DNA of 64,000 nucleotides from an uncultured Candidatus Saccharibacteria bacterium (GTDB lineage Bacteria; Patescibacteriota; Saccharimonadia; Saccharimonadales; 2-12-FULL-41-12): NCBI GenBank assembly GCA_964404795.1, contig CAYOLI010000001.1, positions 17,059 to 81,058 of the forward strand, read 5' to 3'. Shown piece by piece: positions 53,991 to 64,000 of this stretch (position 1 is its first letter; each line of letters starts with the position of its first letter). The notes under the pieces were generated by a model. It saw only the letters and a program-made list of their open reading frames with translations, ran no database searches and was not told where the DNA came from. The position numbers and the translations under genes were made by a program.

Positions 53991-55589
53991 TCATTTTGGA
54001 GTAGTTGGAGGCATCATTGGCGGTGGTACTGGCGGTGGTGGACTGGGGACCTGGTTATTAGTGTGACTCTTCATTTCTTCTTTGTGCAATTCATCGCCCA
54101 AGATCTGAGCCCCGCTGGACTGTTTTGGAGTAACCACCGGTCCAACACCTGCCTCTGCAATCATTTCAACATCTTCTCTTACTCGGCTTTCATCTAGATG
54201 AGGGCTGTCTACCGATCTTTCTATGTCTGCTAAAGTTTTATCTTTGTCGTCTATAATTGATTTGAGCTTATTTAATTCAGGTTGTTCTTCGTTCTGTTCT
54301 GCCGAATCCGTATTGGGTGCAATATTAGTTCTCTTTTGCCCTAGCAACGGTTGATGCTGATCAACCTCTTGACTGAGAGGATCAACGCTACCGCCTAGGT
54401 GGGCATCTTCTGGCACACTATTGGCAGTTAAGCGACCACCAAAGCTTGGTGGTTCTAAAATAATGCTTGTAGACTGTGCGTTCTTGCCACTGTTAGTCCC
54501 TTTTTTATCTGCGTCGCTATCAGGTTCTGTTGCTTGTTCATCATTCTCAGGGTCTCCGTATCGCTTATCGATAGCAAGAAACTTACCCTCGTCCGTTATC
54601 TTTATGTTGTCATCATCATGTACGTCCTCGGCATGTCCATTATGCTTTTTACCACCTTCAACTACGTCTTCACTATGTTCAATCTGTAGGGTTCCGTCCT
54701 GAGATGATTCAGTGTCGCCAGAACTGTTAGATACTTTTTTAGATGACTCTTGAAGCTCTTTTTGCTTTGATTCTTCTAATTTTGTAGCTACCAACTGCGT
54801 GCTAGCACCAGCAGACATCAACACGCCCGCAACGGACATGGTGTGCGGCGATACCTTCTCATTACGAAAGCGGTCTGTTTCTACTACAATGCCCGTTAAT
54901 AAGGATGTTGCAATTTGTGAATCAAAAACGTCGCGTTTAATATCAAGCAAAACATCTGTAATCATTTCGCTTAAGCTGCTCGCACGTGGCTCGTTCCAGT
55001 TAATCATGGTAAAGTCACTTTTTTCTTTTACGCCAATACTTAATAACGTTGCGTCATGCAAGATTCTACCGTGAGCCGTCACAGCTGTATCTAGATCTGC
55101 TTTATTTTGTATACCAATTACCACAACTGTATCTACGTTAAAATCTCCCTGGCTAAACCTGAGGTCTTCCTCGGTAATACTAGTTTTATACGGGGTAATG
55201 AAAATTTTAACTACATCATCCTCGACTTTATATCGCAATTTGTCGGCCTTTGACTTATCCAGAGCAATGATAAAATCACGCAAGCTATCGGTATTTCGCT
55301 CTAGGGTTTCATCTGGCTTTAAAAAATCTATTGCCGATGGGACCTTGCCGCTAAAGACCGCTGTGGCATGCTTGTCGTATTTGTTTAAAGCAATGGTGAG
55401 ACCAATACAGGCCGCTAGTTGGTCCAGAGATGGGTTTTTACTAACTGTAACTAAAATATTATTAGCGTTCTTTAACTGCTCAACTACTTGACCGAAAGGC
55501 CCAATCTGGCTTTGGTTATTGTTTTTTTCGTTTTTTGGAGGCATATTTTTTATTTTTAATTTACTCTTAGGTGTAAATATACCATACAT
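53991..55589 (-). CDS. DHH/DHHA1-family phosphoesterase-like protein (NrnA position), probably degenerate, with about 250-aa disordered Pro-rich C-terminal tail
   Basis: Fold-level resemblance to NrnA N-domain but DHH metal ligands not conserved; sits between truB and rpsT; tail ends PPPPVPPPMMPPTTPK. Confidence 0.35.
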   Translation of the reverse strand: MYGIFTPKSKLKIKNMPPKNEKNNNQSQIGPFGQVVEQLKNANNILVTVSKNPSLDQLAACIGLTIALNKYDKHATAVFSGKVPSAIDFLKPDETLERNTDSLRDFIIALDKSKADKLRYKVEDDVVKIFITPYKTSITEEDLRFSQGDFNVDTVVVIGIQNKADLDTAVTAHGRILHDATLLSIGVKEKSDFTMINWNEPRASSLSEMITDVLLDIKRDVFDSQIATSLLTGIVVETDRFRNEKVSPHTMSVAGVLMSAGASTQLVATKLEESKQKELQESSKKVSNSSGDTESSQDGTLQIEHSEDVVEGGKKHNGHAEDVHDDDNIKITDEGKFLAIDKRYGDPENDEQATEPDSDADKKGTNSGKNAQSTSIILEPPSFGGRLTANSVPEDAHLGGSVDPLSQEVDQHQPLLGQKRTNIAPNTDSAEQNEEQPELNKLKSIIDDKDKTLADIERSVDSPHLDESRVREDVEMIAEAGVGPVVTPKQSSGAQILGDELHKEEMKSHTNNQVPSPPPPVPPPMMPPTTPK

Positions 55590-55689
55590 AAGCGTTAAAG
55601 TCCAGAGGTTTTAGCTAAATTTTGCTATATACAGTATTTTAGGTTATAGTTATCTAATAAATCTGAATTATATTTAAAAAAGGAAGCAC

Positions 55690-56046
55690 ATGCCGATAAT
55701 CAAATCAGCTATAAAACGTACTAGAGTGGCCAAAAAAGCTGCAATTGCAAATTTACGCACAAAACGCAATCTAAAAACAGCAATTAAAAATCTAGAAAAA
55801 ACGGTTAAAGACAAAAAGAACGCTACCGAAGAGCTAAAGAAAGCTCAGAGCGCAATTGATACCGCTGTTAAAAAGGGTGTAATCCATAAAAATAAAGCAG
55901 CCCGCAAAAAAGCCCAACTTTCAAAGAAAGCGAAAACAACGACCAAGCTTCCTACAAAAAAGACCTCTACCAAAAAATCTGCTCCTAAAAAATCGCCTGC
56001 AAAAAAGCCCAAAGCCACCAAAACCAATAAGACAGCCAAAAAATAG
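55690..56046 (+). CDS. rpsT: 30S ribosomal protein S20 with Lys-rich C-terminal extension
   Basis: MPIIKSAIKRTRVAKKAA...KGVIHKNKAARKKAQL core, then about 40 aa of K/T/P-rich tail. Confidence 0.85.
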   Translation: MPIIKSAIKRTRVAKKAAIANLRTKRNLKTAIKNLEKTVKDKKNATEELKKAQSAIDTAVKKGVIHKNKAARKKAQLSKKAKTTTKLPTKKTSTKKSAPKKSPAKKPKATKTNKTAKK

Positions 56047-56985
56047 CTATCCAATCTCTATTATTAGCTGCATCAGCGCCTCATCAGCGTTGATTGATTC
56101 AGTTTTTAGCTCGTAATCAAGCTGGCAGAGCTGATTTAAAATGTTTTGAATTTTATCATAAGATAGCTTTTCGACTATTCTCTGAGATTTTTGTAGCACA
56201 AAAGGGTTTATCTTTGTGTCTCGGTGCACCATCTCGAGGGTTTTTTCTCCTTTTGCAGCAATAATTGCAACTATGTGCATTTGCCAAAATAACATGCCCA
56301 AGATATGTTGGGGCTCAACTCTTTGTTCTCTTAAGTTCTTATAGATATTGATCGCCCTATTTTTATCGTCAGAAAATGATGCATCCAACAATTGAAAGAT
56401 AGTTCCGCTAGCTACTTCGTTCACCAGAAGCTCTATGGACTCTTTGCTTACTGATTTCTTATAAAGAACTAGCTTGATGATTTCTTTAGATAGTTTTTGC
56501 TGGTTTTCGCCCGCTCTTTCTACCAAATATGCTGCATCGATACGCGATATATCACCGCCTAAATCTTTGACTTCTTTAATTACCCAAGTAATTAGAGAAA
56601 TATTGTCGAGCTGTCGAAATTCCTCAAGATTATAATTTTTTTTAATAAATTTGTAATAGCTACTACGTTTGTCTATATTGGGCTCTACAATGATCAAGTC
56701 GGTTGACTGGTCTAGGGCTTCTATGAGCTTCTCGGCAATATCCTGTGAATCTTTGTTGCCACTTAATCTCTTTATAATTAATAACTTCTTAGGCGATAGT
56801 AGAGACACCGCTTGCGCCTTGTCCATAACAACTTGTGAGCTGACCTCTTCACCATCTATTTGCTCGATAGCTAAATCGCCATACTGTGCCGCAAAGGCAG
56901 TTTTTAGCCGCAACAATGCCCTATCTACCTCATAGATATTGGGCCCAACCAAAGCAGTCCTTACAATTTTTGACACTTTGGACAT
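56047..56985 (-). CDS. holA: DNA polymerase III subunit delta
   Basis: 312 aa, clamp-loader delta architecture and conserved divergent holA-rpsT arrangement. Confidence 0.6.
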   Translation of the reverse strand: MSKVSKIVRTALVGPNIYEVDRALLRLKTAFAAQYGDLAIEQIDGEEVSSQVVMDKAQAVSLLSPKKLLIIKRLSGNKDSQDIAEKLIEALDQSTDLIIVEPNIDKRSSYYKFIKKNYNLEEFRQLDNISLITWVIKEVKDLGGDISRIDAAYLVERAGENQQKLSKEIIKLVLYKKSVSKESIELLVNEVASGTIFQLLDASFSDDKNRAINIYKNLREQRVEPQHILGMLFWQMHIVAIIAAKGEKTLEMVHRDTKINPFVLQKSQRIVEKLSYDKIQNILNQLCQLDYELKTESINADEALMQLIIEIG

Positions 56986-57833
56986 ATGTGCGTTCCCCTT
57001 CCCGCTACTCTAATTTTAACAATCGTTGTTCCGCAACGAGGGCAAGGAAGGCCCTCTCTTCTAAAAACTCTGGCAAATTCTAAATAAGACCCTTTATTAC
57101 CCATAGCATCAATATAATTTTTATCTGTAGAGCCACCTTTTTCTATACTTAGCTTGAAAACAGATATTAATTCTTGACATAGTTTCTTTAGCTTTGCTTT
57201 CGATAAATCCTCGACTCTCGATGCAGGATGTATTTTTGCACCCCAAAGCGATTCATCGGCATAAATATTACCAACACCGGCAATCACTCTCTGGTTTAAA
57301 AGGACCGCTTTTATCATGGCCCTGCGATGACGAAGTACCCTGCCTGCAAAGACCTGTTCATTAAAGGCACTCGAGAGCGGTTCTGGACCAAGCTCTTTAA
57401 AAAACTTGATATATGGTATTTCAGATGTCGGTACCAATTTAACCCAGCCAAAACGTCTTTGATCATTGAAAAATAACCTGGCACCAGATAGCTCGATTAT
57501 TACTCGTGTCGATTTATCTGGTAGCTCACCAACCAATGACTGGTTAGGGTGGCCTGCCCCAAACCTATCCTGCGTGTTCATATCTTGGTAAACTAGCTGG
57601 CCGGTCATTTTGAGGTGAATGATTAATGAGTAACTTGTGTCTGTATCGATCACTACAACCTTGCCCAAACGACGTACTTTAGTAATCTTTGAATTAATCA
57701 AAAACTTATCTACCTGGTCTTTTGAGTTCGGGAAACTTTTATCCCAGGCCGTCACTACGCCACGCACAACTTGGGCTGGCAATAATTGGCTCAGACCACG
57801 TTTTATTACTTCAACCTCTGGTAACTCTGGCAT
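56961..57833 (-). CDS. mutM: formamidopyrimidine-DNA glycosylase (Fpg/Nei family)
   Basis: N-terminal MPELPEVE, H2TH, C-terminal CPRCG...CPKC zinc finger. Confidence 0.85.
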   Translation of the reverse strand: MPELPEVEVIKRGLSQLLPAQVVRGVVTAWDKSFPNSKDQVDKFLINSKITKVRRLGKVVVIDTDTSYSLIIHLKMTGQLVYQDMNTQDRFGAGHPNQSLVGELPDKSTRVIIELSGARLFFNDQRRFGWVKLVPTSEIPYIKFFKELGPEPLSSAFNEQVFAGRVLRHRRAMIKAVLLNQRVIAGVGNIYADESLWGAKIHPASRVEDLSKAKLKKLCQELISVFKLSIEKGGSTDKNYIDAMGNKGSYLEFARVFRREGLPCPRCGTTIVKIRVAGRGTHICPKCQKL

Positions 57834-57911
57834 GTTTATCTAGTTTAGCCCTCCTCGTAAGATTATTCCAACACAAAAACAACTATCAATAGTTACTGAT
57901 ACAATTGATGT

Positions 57912-58151
57912 ATGAGCTCTCCACTGGGTGACATTCTAGGGTCAAAACGCTACGACAAGCCAGATGAAATCGAATTGATAAAACAATTTGTGGTTCAACG
58001 ATTTGGTCAAGCACCGACCGTCTATTTAAAAGAACAAGTAATTATCATTGCGGTCTCAAGCTCTAGCATGGCTGGAGCTCTAAGGCCAGAACTACATATA
58101 TTACAAGAACAGTTAAAGACCACTAAACGGCTCGTTATTAGAATTGACTAA
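57912..58151 (+). CDS. small hypothetical protein
   Basis: 79-aa ORF on opposite strand to neighbours, no motif. Confidence 0.2.
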   Translation: MSSPLGDILGSKRYDKPDEIELIKQFVVQRFGQAPTVYLKEQVIIIAVSSSSMAGALRPELHILQEQLKTTKRLVIRID

Positions 58152-58744
58152 CTATTAAGTAATCTGCTTAGTAAAACACTAAATTGATTAAAATCGTGGT
58201 ATCGAATAGATTGCATACCAATGCTTTCGGCACCAAAACAATACTCTTCTCGATCATCGATAAACACACATTCATCAAGTCGCACCTTTAGCTTGTCGAC
58301 AACGTACTCATAAGCTCGAGTATCAGGTTTTACAAAACCAATATCTCCAGAGGCAACCGCAATATCAAAATATTCTGTAAGCTCATCTGCAGAGAATCTA
58401 GCAAGCAACCCACCTTTGCTAGTATTACTAAGCATCGCAGTTTTATAATTTTTTTTAAGATCTTTTATTGTGGAAAGTAAACGCGTATTTCTGGCCTCAT
58501 TGTTAACTTTATATCGACTATATTCAAATGCAGACATGCCCAGTACCGATGCTATCTTCTCTTCCGCTTCTCTGGGTAGCAGAACACCCCTACTTGCAGC
58601 TTTAACTAACTCGTTAACCTCCTCTGCTTGCTCTGGCGCTTCTGCCAACTTTTCATCACATAGTGCCTGCAGAGCATCCGTCAGAACAACTCCAAAACAA
58701 TCAAAAATAATCGCTTTTATCATGCTTATTAAATCTCTCCCCAA
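58148..58744 (-). CDS. HAD-superfamily hydrolase (subfamily IA)
   Basis: Motif I IIFDCFGVV, motif II S/T, motif III K, motif IV DD. Confidence 0.75.
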   Translation of the reverse strand: MGRDLISMIKAIIFDCFGVVLTDALQALCDEKLAEAPEQAEEVNELVKAASRGVLLPREAEEKIASVLGMSAFEYSRYKVNNEARNTRLLSTIKDLKKNYKTAMLSNTSKGGLLARFSADELTEYFDIAVASGDIGFVKPDTRAYEYVVDKLKVRLDECVFIDDREEYCFGAESIGMQSIRYHDFNQFSVLLSRLLNS

Positions 58745-61356
58745 TTTTTCCCTATTGCTGTTTCAACCGTTAGCTTAACAGCCAACTTATAAACCGTTTC
58801 CATAATATGTTTTAGCTCAACAGCTACCTCGTCGGCTACCTCTACTGGACATTCTACTAGTACCGAGTCATGGACTTGTAACAGTAATTTGGCATTTTTG
58901 CTCATCAGGTATTCATCCATTTTTATCATAGCTAGTTTCATCAGATCGGCCTCTGTTCCTTGAATGGGCATGTTCATTGCTGCCCTTTCGGCTGCCGATC
59001 TGACTGCAAAATTTGACGACTTAATATCTGGCATTAAGCGACGTCGACCAAACAAGGTCTCGACATACCCATCTGTTTTTGCTTTGTCTTTCAAGCTGTT
59101 CATATATGTAAGCAGTGGTTTTCGAAGCTCAAAATATTTATCAATAAATTCTTTGGCAGCGGTATAAGTCATACCAGTTGCAGCACTTAACCCGTGCGGG
59201 CTCATACCATAAAGAATTCCAAAATTTATTACTTTAGCATCTCTCCTCATGGTCTTTGTCACATCTTCGGGCTCTCGTCCATAAACCTGCGAAGCAGTGG
59301 CGGTGTGGATATCTATATCTCGATTGAATAAATCAATTAATTCTTGGTCATTTGCCAAAACTGCAGCTAAACGAAGCTCGAATTGGCTATAATCGGCACT
59401 GATTAGAATATTGCCTGGGTCAGCAATAAATGCTGTTCTAATACGCTTGCCGAGTTCGGTTCTAACTGGAATATTTTGAAGATTAGGATCAAAGGAACTT
59501 AACCGTCCCGTTTGAACCGCCGTTAAGCTAAAAGTAGTGTGCAAACGACCATTACCATCTACCATTTTTGGTAGAACGTCCACATATGTATTCACTAGCT
59601 TGGTTACTTCTCTATACTGTGAAATCAACTCGATTATTGGATGCAGCGAACGTAGTTTCTCCAACTCACTGGCGGCAGTACTATAGCCAGTCTGCCCCTT
59701 TTTTACCCCAGTAGTTGGAATATTTAGTTTTTCGAATAATATGCTCGCTAGTTGTTTGGGGCTAGCAATATTAAAAGATTCATCGGCATAACCATAAATT
59801 TGTTGTTCAAGGTCACTTATTTGGTCTTGAAGCTCTACAGAAAATCGCCTTAAATAATCGGTATCTAATCTGACACCTTGGTATTCCATCTTGGCAAGAA
59901 CTGGTACGACTGGCCATTCGATATCTTGGGCCAATTTAGCGATACTAGGGATTTGCTTAATCTCTTTGGATTGTGTGTCGTATAGCTTCCAGATAATTGC
60001 GATAATAATCGGCGCCCTCTCAACGAATTCATCCAGTGGTATATGGTCTATGTCCGGCCCCTGATAATCTAGATAACGACGTGCTAAATCGGTCAGCGAT
60101 CGATCTCTTTGTAAACTGTCTATCAGAAAATCTCCAATTAATACGTCGTGCTTTAAACCCTTAAAGCTTTTAGCTCCAAGCTCGTAAAACATTTTTATTG
60201 TCGATTTAATATCGAAGCCAATCTTTGATATATTTTCATCCTCAATAAAGTTAAGTTTGCCCTTAAAATAATCGGGCTTAAGTATGTATAGCTCTTCTTT
60301 TTTTGGACTTAGTAAGATTATTTTTGTACCTTTTCCGTGTTTGCCAGTTGCATAACCATGCACAATAATATCTTTAGACACAGAGGGATCAAACTGATTG
60401 TTTTTCAGTTCGACTACTTTTGGCAGTGTCGACCCAAAACCAAGATTTAGTCCGACCTCGGATTCTGGCACTTTCATTACTTCTGGGAGTTGTTTCGCAA
60501 GCGTCCTAAACTCTAATTCCTGAAGCTTAGTGTGCACTTTTTGGGGGTCAATTTTACTGATGTCCATTTCGTGTAGGTCTAAATTAACGGGCGCATCTGA
60601 CCAAATAGAGGCCAGCTTTTTGCTGAGGTATGCGCTTTCTTTACCGTCCCTTAACTTATCGGCTAGTTTGCTTGGTGAGATAAGATCAATATTTTCGTAT
60701 ACCCCATCGATAGTCCCATATTGTTGCAACAGTTTTATTGCGGTTTTCTCTCCAACCCCTGCCACACCGGGTATATTGTCTGAGCTATCACCTTTTAACG
60801 CTTTAAGGTCCAAAAACTGTTCGACCTCAATACCATATTTATCTTCAAAACTTTTAGGGTTAAAAAGTTCGATATTACTTAGGCCCTTCTTAAGTACATA
60901 AACGTGTACTTTGTCGTTGATAACCTGTAACAAATCCAGGTCTGATGTTACCAACAATGTTTCTATATTCTGTAGCTTGGCATGCTTAGCCAAGGCACCC
61001 ATAATATCGTCGGCCTCATAATCGTCGAGTTCATAAAGGGGCCAGTTAAATGCTTCAAGTAGCTGATGCAAAAGTGGTATTTGCTCGTAAAAATCAGCTG
61101 GAGCCGGCTTGCGCCCAGCTTTGTACGCCGGATAGAGTTGAAGTCGCTTACGAATGTTGGTTTTTGGCTTATCCCACGCCACACATACGTAATCTGGCTT
61201 GATTCTTTTTAAAATTTCAAGCGCCATCACGGCAAAACCATATACTCCACCAGTAGGCGTCCCATCTTTAGTTGATAAATTCGGCATAGCATAATATCCG
61301 CGGTAAAATACGCTTTTACCATCGATTATGACTAATTTTTTGCTCCTCTCTGCCAT
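58729..61356 (-). CDS. polA: DNA polymerase I
   Basis: 5'-3' exonuclease N-domain and family A polymerase motifs (DYSQIELR, RRDAKVINFG, QVHDS); 875 aa. Confidence 0.95.
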   Translation of the reverse strand: MAERSKKLVIIDGKSVFYRGYYAMPNLSTKDGTPTGGVYGFAVMALEILKRIKPDYVCVAWDKPKTNIRKRLQLYPAYKAGRKPAPADFYEQIPLLHQLLEAFNWPLYELDDYEADDIMGALAKHAKLQNIETLLVTSDLDLLQVINDKVHVYVLKKGLSNIELFNPKSFEDKYGIEVEQFLDLKALKGDSSDNIPGVAGVGEKTAIKLLQQYGTIDGVYENIDLISPSKLADKLRDGKESAYLSKKLASIWSDAPVNLDLHEMDISKIDPQKVHTKLQELEFRTLAKQLPEVMKVPESEVGLNLGFGSTLPKVVELKNNQFDPSVSKDIIVHGYATGKHGKGTKIILLSPKKEELYILKPDYFKGKLNFIEDENISKIGFDIKSTIKMFYELGAKSFKGLKHDVLIGDFLIDSLQRDRSLTDLARRYLDYQGPDIDHIPLDEFVERAPIIIAIIWKLYDTQSKEIKQIPSIAKLAQDIEWPVVPVLAKMEYQGVRLDTDYLRRFSVELQDQISDLEQQIYGYADESFNIASPKQLASILFEKLNIPTTGVKKGQTGYSTAASELEKLRSLHPIIELISQYREVTKLVNTYVDVLPKMVDGNGRLHTTFSLTAVQTGRLSSFDPNLQNIPVRTELGKRIRTAFIADPGNILISADYSQFELRLAAVLANDQELIDLFNRDIDIHTATASQVYGREPEDVTKTMRRDAKVINFGILYGMSPHGLSAATGMTYTAAKEFIDKYFELRKPLLTYMNSLKDKAKTDGYVETLFGRRRLMPDIKSSNFAVRSAAERAAMNMPIQGTEADLMKLAMIKMDEYLMSKNAKLLLQVHDSVLVECPVEVADEVAVELKHIMETVYKLAVKLTVETAIGKNWGEI

Positions 61357-61437
61357 TGTCTTGTATTATACGCTCCTTATCATCACCTGTCGCATACATA
61401 TCCCAAAGGAGTTAAGACGCGCCCGATACTACTCGGA

Positions 61438-62019
61438 CTAGTAACGCACTTTTAAATAACCGTCCAAAACGCGGGGAAGCATTCTGTTTAATTCATCAAT
61501 TGATTGATAATTATTCTCCAAATATATATCTGACATATTTTTAACCCCTTTCATATCAAGAGCAGAAGCAGTACCCGACGAAGTCATCTCGTCTCTTTCT
61601 TCCTTCAAAAATAAGCTGTAGCTCTTTTTGTCTTCGCTGGATCTGGTTCTCTTGCTGACACGCTCGTAGCGAACTTTTGGGTCAGCATCTACCCAAATTA
61701 CTAGCCCACCGAGTTGCTTGATACGTTCTACCTCCCCAGGGTTTCTAATGCTAACCACAACAACTCCGGTTTTTTTTCTAGCACCCGCTTGATAGAGCTC
61801 CACTGCCTTATCAACCAAGCATCCCAGCCCACTAATTTCTCGCCACTCCTTACTTATTGACCTAAGCACACTTCTTTCAATAGGTAGATTACGTTTTTTT
61901 GCCTCATCTCTTAACAAGTCCGAGACCGAAACAAATAGAAAACCATAGTTGTTTTCTATAAATTTTGCGATTGCATCCTTGCCACTACCGTTTGTTCCAC
62001 TAATGCCAAGTACTCGCAT
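61438..62019 (-). CDS. P-loop nucleotide/nucleoside kinase-like protein
   Basis: Walker A GISGTNGSGKD; small (193 aa) kinase-fold protein; exact substrate not assignable. Confidence 0.4.
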   Translation of the reverse strand: MRVLGISGTNGSGKDAIAKFIENNYGFLFVSVSDLLRDEAKKRNLPIERSVLRSISKEWREISGLGCLVDKAVELYQAGARKKTGVVVVSIRNPGEVERIKQLGGLVIWVDADPKVRYERVSKRTRSSEDKKSYSLFLKEERDEMTSSGTASALDMKGVKNMSDIYLENNYQSIDELNRMLPRVLDGYLKVRY

Positions 62020-62023
62020 TTTG

Positions 62024-63124
62024 CTAACCTAAGTAATCGTATAACTTTTTTGCGTCTTTATGTTTGCGCAATTTAGCTAACGCTTTTGCCTCGATTTGTC
62101 GAATTCTCTCTCTTGTTACACTAAACTCTTGACCAACCTCTTCCAAAGTATGGCTCTTGCCGTCTTCGAGCCCAAAACGAAGCTTTAAAATTTTTTGTTC
62201 ACGCTCCGATAAACCACTCAACATTTCTTTGACATGCTCTTTTAGCAAACTTCCCGTCGCCGATTCTTCTGGGCTGATAGTGTCTTCATCTTCAATAAAA
62301 TCTCCTAGGACCGAATCTTCCTCATCGTCGCGCACGCTAGCATCAAGAGAATGAATATCTTGTTTTATTTTCATGATGTGTTCGACTTTTTCGACCTCCA
62401 TCTCCATCGCTTTGGCAATCTCTTCGTTGGTTGGCTCACGATTTAGTTCTTGGGTTAGACGTCTTTGAGTCCGAAGAATTTTATTAATTGTCTCAAACAT
62501 ATGAACAGGTATTCGAATTACCCTGGCTTGATCGGCGATAGCTCTTGTGATTGCCTGACGAATCCACCAAGTTGCATAAGTTGAAAATTTAAACCCTTTG
62601 TCTGGATCAAACTTTTCGACAGCCCTAAGTAATCCTGTATTTCCTTCTTGAATTAAATCTAGCAAATCAAGACCCCTACCTACATAACGTTTGGCAATAC
62701 TGACAACTAAACGCATATTGGCCTCTGCCATCTGATCTTTGGCTTTCTTTTCTCCTGCTACAACCCGCTTTGCCAATGCCAACTCTTCTTCTGCGGTAAG
62801 CAAGGGTATTTTGCCAATTTCTCTCAAATATAAACGAACAGAATCATCGGCAATATCATCCATATACGCCTTGTCATCAAGCGTTACCTCTTCATCTTCT
62901 TCCTCACTCCATTCATCCGAAAAAACTGTAGCCGAGCTAGAGCCAGATGTAACTTTGATGTTCTTCTCTGCCAACTGACTATACAGCGTATCAAGCGCAT
63001 CTGTATTCTCTTCGGTTTCAGGAATGACTGCAAAAATCTCTTCCTGACTTATTTTGCCATCTTTAACAGCTTGTTTGAGTAGTTTATTTCTTTCTTCTTC
63101 AAGTTTTTTTTGATCTTCCGCCAT
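62024..63124 (-). CDS. rpoD: RNA polymerase primary sigma factor
   Basis: Regions 1.2-4: [73 protein letters not shown]. Confidence 0.9.
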   Translation of the reverse strand: MAEDQKKLEEERNKLLKQAVKDGKISQEEIFAVIPETEENTDALDTLYSQLAEKNIKVTSGSSSATVFSDEWSEEEDEEVTLDDKAYMDDIADDSVRLYLREIGKIPLLTAEEELALAKRVVAGEKKAKDQMAEANMRLVVSIAKRYVGRGLDLLDLIQEGNTGLLRAVEKFDPDKGFKFSTYATWWIRQAITRAIADQARVIRIPVHMFETINKILRTQRRLTQELNREPTNEEIAKAMEMEVEKVEHIMKIKQDIHSLDASVRDDEEDSVLGDFIEDEDTISPEESATGSLLKEHVKEMLSGLSEREQKILKLRFGLEDGKSHTLEEVGQEFSVTRERIRQIEAKALAKLRKHKDAKKLYDYLG

Positions 63125-64000
63125 TATTCCTTCACTTTCTTTAACAATCTATCGAGTTCTCGAGATTGCTCGAGTAATTTTTTTTGCTCTGACTCACTAG
63201 CATCTGCTAGCTCTATAACCAATCTGTTTTTTTCGTTTTTTACAAAGTATTCTATTATTTTAGCCCTTAGTCGTGCTGCTTCAAACTGAAGCTCAAGCGC
63301 ATCAACCTTGCTATAAAGTTCATCAAACTGTAATGAAATTATATTAACATAATCTGTTGTCGATCGCAATGCGCCAGACGGGGCTGATGTACTCTCGAAA
63401 TCTAAATTTTGTTTAATCTGAGTCAGCAACTCCTTTGATCGCTCTTCAAGTAACATCCGAGGTTCCAGCAAATCCAAATAACCCCTAGTCCCAGGCAATT
63501 TTAGCGCTAAACTCAGCAACCTATCCGTAGCAATCTGCCATCCTTTTGTTTCCGAGTCGCTTGCTAGGTTCTTTTTTGCTCTTATGGGCTTTAGTTTTCT
63601 CGTTTTAGAATTTGTATGAAGTTTTTCTTGGATTGTCTCTTCGTTAACATCTAATACTTGGGCAAGTTGCTTGATGTAATGATCTTGTTCTATCTTGTCC
63701 GAAACACTCGAAACTAACGATATTATCTCATCGCTAAATCTGCGCTTACCAATAGCAGTGCTTAGGTTGTGCTTACTCGCTAATCGATCAATCAACCAGT
63801 CAAAAGATGGACGCGCCTCTTTGATGGCCTCATCCCACAGTTTAGGGTCTTTCTTTATTAACTCATCTGGATCTTTGCCAGATGGAATACTAACAATCTG
63901 AGTGTTTACTCCAAGCTTGCTAGCAATAGGTATAACTCTCTCAACGGCGTCTAAACCGGCTCGGTCCTGATCAAAGGCAATTCTTACCTCAGCTGACAGG
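63124..64000 (-). CDS. dnaG: DNA primase, 3' portion (N-terminus beyond window end)
   Basis: Manual extension of frame upstream of the 63795 TTG: ...[44 protein letters not shown]...; the TOPRIM D-x-D and GKDPDE motifs; classic dnaG-rpoD arrangement. Confidence 0.85.
   Translation of the reverse strand, partial: LSAEVRIAFDQDRAGLDAVERVIPIASKLGVNTQIVSIPSGKDPDELIKKDPKLWDEAIKEARPSFDWLIDRLASKHNLSTAIGKRRFSDEIISLVSSVSDKIEQDHYIKQLAQVLDVNEETIQEKLHTNSKTRKLKPIRAKKNLASDSETKGWQIATDRLLSLALKLPGTRGYLDLLEPRMLLEERSKELLTQIKQNLDFESTSAPSGALRSTTDYVNIISLQFDELYSKVDALELQFEAARLRAKIIEYFVKNEKNRLVIELADASESEQKKLLEQSRELDRLLKKVKE

Noticed and set aside
1-64000. CRISPR arrays, rRNA genes, prophage structural genes
   Set aside because: No regularly spaced direct repeats were seen. 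No rRNA-like conserved stretches and no capsid/terminase/tail motifs were seen in any frame.

Overview
This is a 64 kb window of low-GC, gene-dense bacterial chromosome, mostly transcribed on the minus strand. The gene content and style suggest a Candidate Phyla Radiation / Saccharibacteria-like organism (an inference from compactness, the type IV pilus locus and lineage-specific protein tails). Housekeeping genes recognisable from the translations include thrS, miaA, rpmB, nrdR, ndk, xerC/D, ychF, efp, rpsR-ssb-rpsF, ftsK, RNase J, a family-4 uracil-DNA glycosylase (UDG), pnp-rpsO-truB, rpsT, holA, mutM, polA, rpoD and the 3' part of dnaG. Six tRNA genes are visible: Pro-GGG, Val-GAC, Gly-CCC, Thr-CGU, Asp-GUC and Arg-CCU. 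The centre of the window (13.2-26.7 kb) holds a complete type IV pilus locus: pilM-N-O, pilB, pilT, pilC, pilA, pilD and four or five minor pilin / PilX-like genes. An IS200-like tyrosine transposase gene sits between pilD and pilA, bracketed by identical 37-nt palindromic direct repeats. Just upstream of the pilus genes is a candidate accessory island (26.7-36.5 kb). It encodes a 909-aa secreted protein, a membrane-anchored protein, and two divergent paralogues that share a roughly 90 %-identical N-terminal module and promoter but have different, strongly cationic C-termini. These paralogues flank an MprF-like (phospholipid aminoacylation) membrane protein and are followed by a membrane-anchored M14 carboxypeptidase. 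Smaller observations are a T-box leader before thrS, a truncated tRNA-Pro duplicate, a cysteine-less alkyltransferase-like protein, a processive family-2 glycosyltransferase, a compositionally atypical hypothetical gene between rpsF and ftsK, and lineage-specific low-complexity tails on S20, RNase J and a degenerate DHH protein. No CRISPR array and no rRNA were seen.
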